Part shown: one piece after another, positions 10,081 to 17,560 of the stretch | Layout: every line of letters starts with the position of its first letter | How positions within the stretch are numbered: the stretch's first letter is position 1 | DNA from: an uncultured Methanosarcinales archaeon | Lineage (GTDB): Archaea; Nanobdellota; Nanobdellia; Woesearchaeales; SKGA01 | DNA: 32,607 bases | Reading direction: 5' to 3' | Assembly: GCA_964603345.1 (NCBI GenBank) | Contig: CAZRUJ010000004.1 | Location: forward strand, 1-32,607 | The notes under the pieces: generated by a model | The model's input: only the letters and a program-made list of their open reading frames with translations | What the model was told of the DNA's origin: nothing | Database searches by the model: none | Made by a program: the position numbers and the translations under genes

Positions 10081-10344
10081 GTATCTGTTAGATATGCGGG
10101 AGAAAATCATGCTACTGATGAAGCTGGTAATAATTATAATTGTGTATATCGTTGTGCTAATGGAGATGAAGGTACTGCAAAAGTAACGAATGAAGGTGCT
10201 GGATACTACGCAAACTGTGAAAATGCAGGTAAACAATCTTGTGGTTCTTCTCAAGTTGTTTCAGTTTCTACCTCTGGCAATTCTCCTTATTTTGTTGAAT
10301 CAGACATTGCTTCTAATAATTTTCAAACTGTTCGCAGCAGATAA
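9931..10344 (+). CDS. Small membrane-anchored/secreted Cys-containing protein, family member A1
   Basis: ATG 9931 preceded by GAGGTGA (9916-9922). MADKENINFGLLGLVGIVAIVGIVGLIMTFSPVTN, then NLAGDAK, then a 4-Cys region (NYNCVYRCANGDEG..). Paralog of 11113-11496. Confidence 0.75.
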   Translation: MADKENINFGLLGLVGIVAIVGIVGLIMTFSPVTNSMSPDNDGNLAGDAKVSVRYAGENHATDEAGNNYNCVYRCANGDEGTAKVTNEGAGYYANCENAGKQSCGSSQVVSVSTSGNSPYFVESDIASNNFQTVRSR

Positions 10345-10369
10345 TTTTTCTTCTTTTTTTCTTTTTTTT
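10345..10369 (+). terminator. Oligo-T tract after A1 (archaeal-type terminator)
   Basis: tttttcttctttttttcttttttttg immediately follows the stop codon. Archaeal RNAP terminates at oligo-T. Confidence 0.4.
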
Positions 10370-10422
10370 GTGTGTATGAAAAATAAAAAAATTTTGTTAT
10401 CGTAGTTTTGTTATCTGTAGTA

Positions 10423-10845
10423 TTATTTTTTGTAGAATTCTATTGTGTTTGGATTAATTCGATACACTTTTTTTGGTTTATCGTTAATGAACGAATATTT
10501 GTACAATTCTGACTCATCTACTTTGCTTGCTTCAAATGATGATTTATAATTTTTTATGCTATCAAGCAATCCTTGCCGTGATTCAGGAACTGTCAGTTGA
10601 TATTCTACTGGCTCGACTTGGTTTTCTCCAAAGAATTTATTTTCATATTCTTTATTTACATAAAATGCATGTACTGAATCTTCTTTATCGGGATTTATTG
10701 TTAGAATATTTCTTAATCCAATATCTTCAAATGTTGATGGACTATTAGTGGTGAGTTGTTTCATTGTCCCACAAGAACTTGTCAATCCAATTACTCCTGC
10801 TACCAACCCAGCATATAGCGTTTTTGTCAATACATTATTTGCCAT
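10423..10845 (-). CDS. Lipoprotein-like secreted protein (unknown function)
   Basis: Track ORF 10423-10869 starts at TTG. ATG 10845 is preferred: MANNVLTKTLYAGLVAGVIGLTSSCG (lipobox-like Cys). TATA aatatttatata lies about 35 nt upstream. A decayed paralog sits at 12743-12982. Confidence 0.7.
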   Translation of the reverse strand: MANNVLTKTLYAGLVAGVIGLTSSCGTMKQLTTNSPSTFEDIGLRNILTINPDKEDSVHAFYVNKEYENKFFGENQVEPVEYQLTVPESRQGLLDSIKNYKSSFEASKVDESELYKYSFINDKPKKVYRINPNTIEFYKK

Positions 10846-11023
10846 TGTATGATGAATATATGTGAACAAGTATATAAATATTTCTATTATTAATCACTAT
10901 TAAGTGGTTATTTTTTTGTTTCTCAATTATTTTATTGGCGATGGCTGTTGCTAGTGGTGTTGTTTTGATATGAATTCTCTTTGATCTTGTATTAAGTATG
11001 TTGTTGTGTTTTTTTGCAGTTGT

Positions 11024-11262
11024 GTCTTCATTCAGTAATCTTTATAAATCAATAATGTTTTGAGTATCGCCAGAACACGATTGGTATATGGTTGTGTGAT
11101 GTGATTTTAAAAATGGCAGATAAAGAAAATACTAGTTTTGGCCTTTTAAGTCTTGTAGGGATTGTTGCGATTGTCGGTATCGTAGGGCTTATTATGACCT
11201 TTTCTCCGGTGACAAATAACATGTCTTCTACCGATGATAGTAATCTTGCAGGTGATGCGAAA
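11024..11262 (+). repeat. Copy 2 of conserved promoter + 5'UTR + anchor-coding module
   Basis: See 9842-10080. Similarity collapses shortly after the shared ..NLAGDAK codons. Confidence 0.85.
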
Positions 11263-11496
11263 TCTACTTCTGGTTCCTTCGCTTCCTCTTCAAAATCCGC
11301 TTATTATTGCCGTTGTACTGGTTGCAACGGACCTGATATAGCTGGTGGATCGTCATATCCTTGCGATATAACTGCTGAAATGATTAATTGTGATTCTTGT
11401 TCTTCTTCAGGAAGTATTTTCGCTCAAGTTTCATCTTCAAAAAACCTTGGTGCCTCAAGTCCTGATACGCAAAGAGATTTCACAAGTTCAAGATAA
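11113..11496 (+). CDS. Small membrane-anchored/secreted Cys-rich protein, family member A2
   Basis: MADKENTSFGLLSLVGIVAIVGIVGLIMTFSPVTN..NLAGDAK, then a 7-Cys region (AYYCRCTGCNGPD..CD..INCDSC). Ends ..FTSSR, as A1 ends ..TVRSR. Confidence 0.75.
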   Translation: MADKENTSFGLLSLVGIVAIVGIVGLIMTFSPVTNNMSSTDDSNLAGDAKSTSGSFASSSKSAYYCRCTGCNGPDIAGGSSYPCDITAEMINCDSCSSSGSIFAQVSSSKNLGASSPDTQRDFTSSR

Positions 11497-11497
11497 C

Positions 11498-11522
11498 TTT
11501 TTTCCTTTTCGTTCTTTTTTTT
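11498..11522 (+). terminator. Oligo-T tract after A2
   Basis: cttttttccttttcgttcttttttttc directly after the stop codon. Confidence 0.35.
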
Positions 11523-11777
11523 CAGGCTCTGATGCAAATGGAACGTTTTAGTATACTGCGAAGTTTTGATCATCAGCTTCGCAATGATTAAAACCATCAA
11601 AATGCAAGATTATGACTTCAAATCAAATGTTTTTGTTATTTGTATTTTTTAAGCCTCCTTTAACACAGTATACGAATCTATTGCTTTTGCAATACACCCT
11701 TTTTTTAGTAAAGTTTAAATATTTCTTTTTTTAATATTCACTGCAACACACATTTTATGTGTGAGGTGATTTAAAAA

Positions 11778-12671
11778 ATGTCAAATAATAATAATAATAA
11801 TAATATGGTTGGTTATGGTCTTTTGGGTCTTGTAGGGATTGTTGCAGTTGTTGGTATTATAAGTCTTATTTTGAGCTTTAGTGCGACTCCCAAGACAAAT
11901 GCGGAAAGTGAGATTTTTTATGATGGTCATTCTCAAAATACTGCTGGTTTAGCTACAGGGAATTCTTTACATCAACAAAATTATCTTTCATATGCTTACG
12001 GTGATTTTTTTGGTCCTGGATCTAGTGCTTCAGAATCCTTCGATCCTAATGATTACTATTATGCGGTTTGCAGCCTTGAACTTGAGAATGTTGAACATCA
12101 GTACTTTGATGTTGCTGGAAAATATGGGTCGTATGAGGATGCAAAAGTGTATGTTGACAGTGTTTTACTGACTCTACCTGAAGAGGGTTCCTTATGTGAT
12201 GGTGGCAACTCGTACTGTGAAGAAGCTCGTCAGACATGTGAACGTATGGGTTTTGAGTTTGAAAGAATAAAAACATTCAGTGATGCTTATAAAGGAATGA
12301 CTTTTTTCCATAATAATCCTACACCCATTCCTCATCATATGTATGAAGGAGTAGGACTTGTCGAGATTTATGACGAGCGTTTTATCGCTGGTGAAGATAT
12401 GTATTTTGCACGTTGTAAAGCGGAACTCACACCAGAATGTGCAGAAATATCCTCTTTTGAATCTCCAGCTTCTGGTACATGCGCTCCTGCTGTGAAAATG
12501 TTGCCTCCTTTGAAAATCCCCTCTGACATGCTTGTTGAGGAAACAGGAAAAACTTTTCAGCTACTAAACGAACAATGCCATGATCATTTTGGCATGGTGT
12601 TTTATAAACTTGAAAAAGTGTATGGGGATAAATCCTCTCATCCTTTAATTGATCTTAGTAGCTTACTGTAG
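11778..12671 (+). CDS. Membrane-anchored/secreted protein, family member A3 (larger, different head)
   Basis: Same SD context (gtgtgaggtgatttaaaaaATG). MS-N7-MVGYGLLGLVGIVAVVGIISLILSFSATPK shares a 20-nt identical stretch (ggtcttgtagggattgttgc) with A1/A2. NTAGLA motif, followed by a 250-aa Cys-containing domain I cannot assign. Confidence 0.75.
   Translation: MSNNNNNNNMVGYGLLGLVGIVAVVGIISLILSFSATPKTNAESEIFYDGHSQNTAGLATGNSLHQQNYLSYAYGDFFGPGSSASESFDPNDYYYAVCSLELENVEHQYFDVAGKYGSYEDAKVYVDSVLLTLPEEGSLCDGGNSYCEEARQTCERMGFEFERIKTFSDAYKGMTFFHNNPTPIPHHMYEGVGLVEIYDERFIAGEDMYFARCKAELTPECAEISSFESPASGTCAPAVKMLPPLKIPSDMLVEETGKTFQLLNEQCHDHFGMVFYKLEKVYGDKSSHPLIDLSSLL
11784..11804 (+). repeat. (AAT)7 trinucleotide microsatellite inside the A3 N-terminus
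   Basis: aataataataataataataat encodes N7 directly after Met-Ser. Confidence 0.95.
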
Positions 12672-12742
12672 GTTTTTACTTTTTTTTATTTTTTTTATTT
12701 TTCTAAGAATTAAAAAATAAAAATAATTTATTTTTCAGAAAA

Positions 12743-12982
12743 TTAGTTTATGTATAACTCGATTGTTTTTGGATTAATTTTATACACTCTTTTTGGCTTG
12801 TCTCGAATTAATAATTGCTTGTATAATGTTGACTCTTCTATTTTGCTTGCTTGAAATGATGCTTTGTATTTGTTTATACTATCGATTAATCATTGTCTTG
12901 ATTCGTGTACTGTCAAATGATATTCTGTTGGTTTAACTTTATTTTCCTCATATATTTTATTTTCATAATACTCTCTCAAAAA
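12743..12982 (-). pseudogene. Decayed copy of the 10423-10845 lipoprotein gene (C-terminal two-thirds only)
   Basis: The minus-strand translation is ..REYYENKIYEENKVKPTEYHLTVHESRQ*LIDSINKYKASFQASKIEESTLYKQLLIRDKPKRVYKINPKTIELYIN*. It aligns with KEYENKFFGENQVEPVEYQLTVPESRQGLLDSIKNYKSSFEASKVDESELYKYSFINDKPKKVYRINPNTIEFYKK*. There is an in-frame TGA at 12900-12902. An upstream in-frame TAG removes the N-terminus. Confidence 0.7.
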
Positions 12983-13133
12983 CAGATAACCAGTCTACAG
13001 ATGTTTTTTGGAGAAATCTTATTGTGAAGAAAAGAGAACTTAAACACAATTGAATTAACATGTATTTCATCTTATATATTAAGGAACATAAATACTAAAC
13101 TTTATATAATTGTGCTTCAATAAATCGCATCTG

Positions 13134-13655
13134 GTGAAGCCTCGAATTACAATACTAAAAGGAGACATCGCAACAATTCCTGTTGATGCCATAGTCAATC
13201 CTGCTAATAATACGCTTTTGGGTGGGTCGGGTCTTGATAATGCTATTCATCGAAAAGCAGGACCAAAACTTATTGAGGAATGCAAGCGATTGCGAAATTC
13301 GACACTCTCTTACGGATTACCTGTTGGGGAGGCTATCATGACCTCTGCTTATGAGCTGCCTGCTAAATATATTATCCATGTTGCAGGACCTATGCTTAGC
13401 AAAGATCCCCTCTATCTTCTCAAACGATGCTACCGTGAAGCATTACGATTGGCAGAGCAAGAACACCTCAAAAGCATATCTTTTCCTGCTGTTTCGACAG
13501 GGGCGTATTATGTGTCTGTCAAGCGTTCGGCCATGGAGATAAAGCAAGCGATCGATACGATGTCTTTTCACTATATTGAGGAGATCAAGCTCGTTCTCTA
13601 TTCCGATTTCGAGAAGAGAATTTTTGAACGAGTGTTCGATGAGAATTTAACTTGA
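13134..13655 (+). CDS. Macro domain protein (ADP-ribose / O-acetyl-ADP-ribose binding or hydrolase, YmdB/Af1521-like)
   Basis: ITILKGDIATIPVDAIVNPANNTLLGGSGLDNAIHRKAG..YIIHVAGP..SISFPAVSTGAYY. There is no in-frame ATG. Track start is TTG 13110. GTG 13134 lies about 25 nt after TATA ctttatataa (13100-13109). Confidence 0.8.
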   Translation: MKPRITILKGDIATIPVDAIVNPANNTLLGGSGLDNAIHRKAGPKLIEECKRLRNSTLSYGLPVGEAIMTSAYELPAKYIIHVAGPMLSKDPLYLLKRCYREALRLAEQEHLKSISFPAVSTGAYYVSVKRSAMEIKQAIDTMSFHYIEEIKLVLYSDFEKRIFERVFDENLT

Positions 13656-13752
13656 ACTTGTCGTTAGCTTTTTTTGATAAATTGTGAGAATGACGTCTCT
13701 GATGAAAATACTTACTTTTATAAATCGCTGTTATACTCCTTACTAGTGCAGT

Positions 13753-14382
13753 TTGCCGGGTGTTTCTGTGAAAGGATTAGGATTCAAAGTGGATGAAGAA
13801 GAATTCCTGAAAAAATATGCGGAAGTAAAAGAGGAAATCCGTAAAGAGGATGCGGGTGAGAAAAAACCTCCTCGTTTCACCACGCAAAGGATGCTTTTTG
13901 CCGGCCTCGCTCTTGTCTTTCTTTCAATCTTTCTCATTTACGCGTTTGTAGGGCCTGTCCAGCATCAGATTATAGGACAGCTAAACTCGGATACTCTCGA
14001 GGGTGACGTCCTTTCATTGAAAGGTGTGACTGTGGTCTTTGAGAACGAGACTGATAGGTTTCTCTCTACACTTTATAAAACTGAACAGCTTGACAGGTTG
14101 GTGGAGACAAGTGCTTGCCTGAAAGGAACAGTTACGGACAATACGACCATCTATCGGGTTAGGGACATTTTCTATCCTGAAATTATTGAGCAAAGCCAAC
14201 ACCACGTTCGTTTCAAAAGCTGTCCTCGTGATACTATCATCATGCTCCATACGCATCCGAGAACGAGATGCATGGCTTCAGAGACCGATCTGGATACGCT
14301 TTCGACCAAGCAAGATGTGATTGACGAGGATATTCTGATGCTCATTATGTGTGAGGATAATATGTATTCGCTCTATAGGTGA
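13753..14382 (+). CDS. Membrane-anchored JAMM/MPN+ family metalloprotease
   Basis: Exact H-x-H-x7-S-x2-D motif, HTHPRTRCMASETD (nt 14248-14289), plus upstream VETSACLKG (catalytic Glu context). Single TM MLFAGLALVFLSIFLIYAFVG (residues 47-67) follows a charged N-terminus. TATA ttttataaat at 13716-13725. Start codon uncertain (TTG 13753, GTG 13768 or GTG 13789). Confidence 0.7.
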   Translation: MPGVSVKGLGFKVDEEEFLKKYAEVKEEIRKEDAGEKKPPRFTTQRMLFAGLALVFLSIFLIYAFVGPVQHQIIGQLNSDTLEGDVLSLKGVTVVFENETDRFLSTLYKTEQLDRLVETSACLKGTVTDNTTIYRVRDIFYPEIIEQSQHHVRFKSCPRDTIIMLHTHPRTRCMASETDLDTLSTKQDVIDEDILMLIMCEDNMYSLYR

Positions 14383-14461
14383 CAGACTCAAGCTCTTTTA
14401 AGCGAAAATTTAATAAATACTGCTTTCTCGATAAATGCTATAACTAAATCATGTGATATTG

Positions 14462-15172
14462 ATGTCTGATTCCTCCTCAACATATTCTGGTAAAGCGACA
14501 AGTTATTCTGCCATAAAAAAAGAGTTGGAAAAAGAGAAAAAGTACGTTGACACAAACCAACACATCGCAGATAAAGCATATTTGGGTTTTGTCAAGGATT
14601 ATCTTACTAATGATGATGGCTTGGTTGATTACACTCGTCTCAATTCGCTTGCTAAAGAGAAACACGATGAGATCGCTGACTATTTCGAGAACAAGCTGAT
14701 AGAAGAATATCAGAAGGTTGATGAGAACTTCAACGTCCATAATATGAAGGATAAATCCGGAAAAGAAGCTTTGCTCAAGCACTATTTTGGAATCTCTGGT
14801 TCTGAAATAAGGAATAACTTTCCTGTGAATCCTGAAATGTTCACAAAAAACAATTATTTCAGATTGACCGAAAATCACAAGATAAGATCTGCACAGAATC
14901 GTTATCAACAGTCTATTGATTATCATGTAGGTCTCAAACCTACTGATGATCTCGTTCAGGATATCAAGAATAACATTCTGGAACCGAACCTTCCTGAAAG
15001 TCACACGATCGATGATAAGCTCCTTAGTGATAAGCAATATCTTCTGAATACTATTTTGTCTCATCACGAGGGGGAATTATCGGCTGATCGATTGAGGAAC
15101 ATGCCCTACGTTAATCCTGTAGCTTCTTTCTCTGAAGATAAAAAAGGCGAATCAAAGGAAAAAGAAAAGTAG
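14462..15172 (+). CDS. Hypothetical acidic/helical protein
   Basis: Track ORF 14453-15172 starts at GTG. ATG 14462 is preferred. Charged, protein-like composition. The antisense ORF 14477-15067 is Ile/Leu/Phe-rich shadow. Confidence 0.6.
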   Translation: MSDSSSTYSGKATSYSAIKKELEKEKKYVDTNQHIADKAYLGFVKDYLTNDDGLVDYTRLNSLAKEKHDEIADYFENKLIEEYQKVDENFNVHNMKDKSGKEALLKHYFGISGSEIRNNFPVNPEMFTKNNYFRLTENHKIRSAQNRYQQSIDYHVGLKPTDDLVQDIKNNILEPNLPESHTIDDKLLSDKQYLLNTILSHHEGELSADRLRNMPYVNPVASFSEDKKGESKEKEK

Positions 15173-15241
15173 GGACTACTATATAGGTCCGGATGTTATA
15201 TACGAAAAGAAATAAAAAGCATAGTGTCTTGGTGAAAATGT

Positions 15242-15652
15242 ATGGGATATGATATTGAAAATAGGCTCCAATTGTATGCTGACACGCTGGATCATGAGTT
15301 TTATTCTGTTGTTATAGATGGGATTAATGAACATCTCATAGATGATGATTTTCAAGTTGATTTTTCAAATTTATCTTCAACAGATGCAAGGGAGAATTTT
15401 ATTAATCATCTCACTGATAAGTTCAGCCAACGTGCTAGTGAAGTATTTGAAAAGCTATCCTCTGAGGATATAAAAGATTATTTGAAGCTATTTCATCAGC
15501 GTCTTGTTTCACAACTAGCAACAAATGTCCATTCACATATAATTGAGAAAAAACATAATGTTAACACTCAGAACCTTTCTCAGCTCGCTTCTGATTTGAT
15601 CGAAAATTCCAGAAAAGAAATGATTGAACAGTGCTTTCGGAAAAAGGATTAG
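15242..15652 (+). CDS. Hypothetical acidic/helical protein, possible distant paralog of 14462-15172
   Basis: GGTGA (15231-15235) lies 6 nt before the ATG. HLIDDDFQVDFSNLSS..NHLTDKF aligns with YLTNDDGLVDYTRLNS..DYFENKL of the upstream gene. Confidence 0.6.
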   Translation: MGYDIENRLQLYADTLDHEFYSVVIDGINEHLIDDDFQVDFSNLSSTDARENFINHLTDKFSQRASEVFEKLSSEDIKDYLKLFHQRLVSQLATNVHSHIIEKKHNVNTQNLSQLASDLIENSRKEMIEQCFRKKD

Positions 15653-15676
15653 GTCCTTTTAATAATCCTTGTCTTC

Positions 15677-16204
15677 CTATTCTTCCTTTTTCGTTATTGT
15701 TTTCTTGCTTGTTCTCTTTGTTGTTGAAGCCTTTTTTTTATCGGTTCTCTGACCTTGTGAGATAGGTCTTTCCTTTTCAGGTATGATAAACGTCGCGATG
15801 ATGTATGCGATGACTGCCGTGCCAGCACTCAATAATCCAAGAAAGATCCAAAGGAGTCGGACAAACACCACATCCACATTGAAATACTCTGCCATACCGC
15901 TTGATACGCCCGCTAATAATTTGTGTTTCGAATCCTTATACAATCTTTTTCCTTTCTTCTGATTTGTGATCGTTATCTTTTCAAGCGTTCTTGTTTTGGC
16001 CAGTATTAGATATATGATTGCTCCGATTACATTGAACACGATGATAAGCAGAACCCATAATATTTTATCACCGTCAGATAGTTCTGATTTGAGACAATCG
16101 ACAAGCGCCCATATCCACAATCCTATGCCTATGACAAATGCTATGAGAAACGTGAATGTGAAGCTTAAAAGCGTCCATGGAAAAATCAGATGTTCAACAA
16201 CCAT
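15677..16204 (-). CDS. Membrane protein with PLD-nuclease N-terminal-type (PLDc_N) and PspC domains
   Basis: IWALVDCLKSELSDGDKILWVLLIIVFNVIGAIIYL is PLDc_N-like. LYKDSKHKLLAGVSSGMAEYFNVDVVFVRLLWIFLGLL..YIIATFIIP is the PspC signature. Confidence 0.75.
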   Translation of the reverse strand: MVVEHLIFPWTLLSFTFTFLIAFVIGIGLWIWALVDCLKSELSDGDKILWVLLIIVFNVIGAIIYLILAKTRTLEKITITNQKKGKRLYKDSKHKLLAGVSSGMAEYFNVDVVFVRLLWIFLGLLSAGTAVIAYIIATFIIPEKERPISQGQRTDKKKASTTKRTSKKTITKKEE

Positions 16205-16509
16205 GCTTCAGGCGATTATTGTGTTATTTTTAAGTATTTCTTTTAGAGGAGTTTATTCAAAAAAGAATCTGATTGTGCAAACATCGCTATTTTTTGTCGA
16301 CAGAACCTTTTAATGCTCTTGTTTTTGTATGAGACAAAGATCCTTTTGATGTAATTACCCAATCCGATCGTAATTGGATGGGTTATAGTGTATAATTATG
16401 AGGATATAAACAAATATATTGTCGGTGTTGAATTTGAACTGTATTCTCGACAATACAATGATTTAAGAAAAAAACATCTCTCAAAATATTGATTAATGGT
16501 GAATTGCAT

Positions 16510-16677
16510 ATGAGCTCTGGACAGGTTAGAAACTATGTTTTTGTTGGACTACTGGTCATATTCGTTCCATTGGCACTTTATTCGCTTGCAAAAGGAAACT
16601 ATTTGTTGTTTGCGCTAATCGCTGCTGGGACATGGCTAGTGAGCAAAACGCTCGATAAGCATCTTGCCAGAAAATGA
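16510..16677 (+). CDS. Possible small two-TM membrane protein
   Basis: MSSGQVRNYVFVGLLVIFVPLALYSLAKGNYLLFALIAAGTWLVSK. Track ORF starts at TTG 16489. Short, with no homology signal. Confidence 0.35.
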   Translation: MSSGQVRNYVFVGLLVIFVPLALYSLAKGNYLLFALIAAGTWLVSKTLDKHLARK

Positions 16678-16698
16678 TATATCCAGAACATCTCTTAT

Positions 16699-17328
16699 CT
16701 AAAACGAATCAAGCGTTTTTTGAGGGGTTTGCGGTTTGCTATCGGTTTCTTTTGCAATGACAAGCATATCTCTCTCGAACGCGTCCCGTAGTTTCGGATT
16801 ATAGAGCATGGCAGCAGGGTGATAGAGCGGGATGAGTGTTGAAAAGATGCCGTCGAGCTTGACCGTATGCTTTTGCCCGTGAAGTGTCGTAATCCCCTTG
16901 ACCGATTTTATTCCTTTGACAGTCCAGCCACCCAAAGCGAACTTCGTCGAATAATTACCCAATGTGGCGATGACTTTCGGCTTGATGATGTGGAGTTGTT
17001 TGAGAAGGTACGGTGCGTGCGATTCTATTTCTGATGTTGACGGATCGCGGTTTTTCGGAGGACGATATTTGAGGATGTTAGCGATATAAACATCGTCGAT
17101 AGTCAAGCCGATGTTTCGAAGATACTTATCAAGTTCCTTGCCGGCGCGACCGACAAAAGGGATGCCTTGCTTATCCTCTTCTGCTCCTGGAGCTTCACCG
17201 ATAAAGACAAGCTCCGCATCGGGGTTGCCTTTACCAAAAACCATATTCGTTGCCGTATCCTTGAGAGGACAATCAAGCTCGTTCTCAATCTCTTGTTTCA
17301 GCTTCTCAAGCTGTTGTTGTTTTGACAT
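16699..17328 (-). CDS. udg: Uracil-DNA glycosylase, family 4-like
   Basis: [27 protein letters not shown] (motif A) and [11 protein letters not shown] (motif B). Minus-strand TATA ctttaaatatc lies about 35 nt upstream. Confidence 0.8.
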   Translation of the reverse strand: MSKQQQLEKLKQEIENELDCPLKDTATNMVFGKGNPDAELVFIGEAPGAEEDKQGIPFVGRAGKELDKYLRNIGLTIDDVYIANILKYRPPKNRDPSTSEIESHAPYLLKQLHIIKPKVIATLGNYSTKFALGGWTVKGIKSVKGITTLHGQKHTVKLDGIFSTLIPLYHPAAMLYNPKLRDAFERDMLVIAKETDSKPQTPQKTLDSF

Positions 17329-17489
17329 CTGTAAGGATTGCAGAAATACAGATATTTAAAGATTATCACGAACTATCACAGGATGGTTGAATGGCATGCT
17401 GGGCCCAACCGCAGCCAACTCGCTTTTGGCGTCGCGGAGCGTATTTCGCAAACGAGTTTGCTTTAATACACTTATTGAGAATGAATAGA

Positions 17490-17560
17490 TGGTGGGCCCA
17501 CCCGGACTCGAACCGGATGTCCTCATTCTCATTCGGGACCCGTTTCTCGTCCGAACGGTA
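17490..17560 (-). pseudogene. Orphan tRNA 3' piece: perfect T-arm + acceptor 3' strand + CCA with diverged leader; no 5' half
   Basis: 17490-17516 is identical over 27 nt to the tRNA-Val 3' end (17592-17618). The leader ACCGUUCGG..AAUGAGG aligns weakly with Val intron 2 and the 3' exon. The anticodon-stem strand is lost. No D-arm, anticodon arm or GGGCCCA 5' strand lies upstream. Confidence 0.6.

Noticed and set aside
9842-11262. Diversity-generating retroelement (template/variable repeat pair)
   Set aside because: The mismatches between the two copies are not adenine-specific (t/c, a/g, g/a). The conserved part is the 5' end rather than a 3' variable region. No reverse transcriptase ORF is present.
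14477-15067. 196-aa minus-strand ORF
   Set aside because: Ile/Leu/Phe-rich mirror of the acidic, Lys-rich + strand gene 14462-15172. No promoter or SD context.
17401-17500. Possible + strand tRNA or tRNA 5' half using GGGCCCA at 17401 and TGGGCCCA at 17493
   Set aside because: The octamer is palindromic, so it reads the same on both strands. The interval has no U8, no D-arm with GG and no GTTCRA T-loop. The only anticodon-like loop (CUCGCUU) has U at position 37. No complementarity to the leader of the orphan 3' piece was found.
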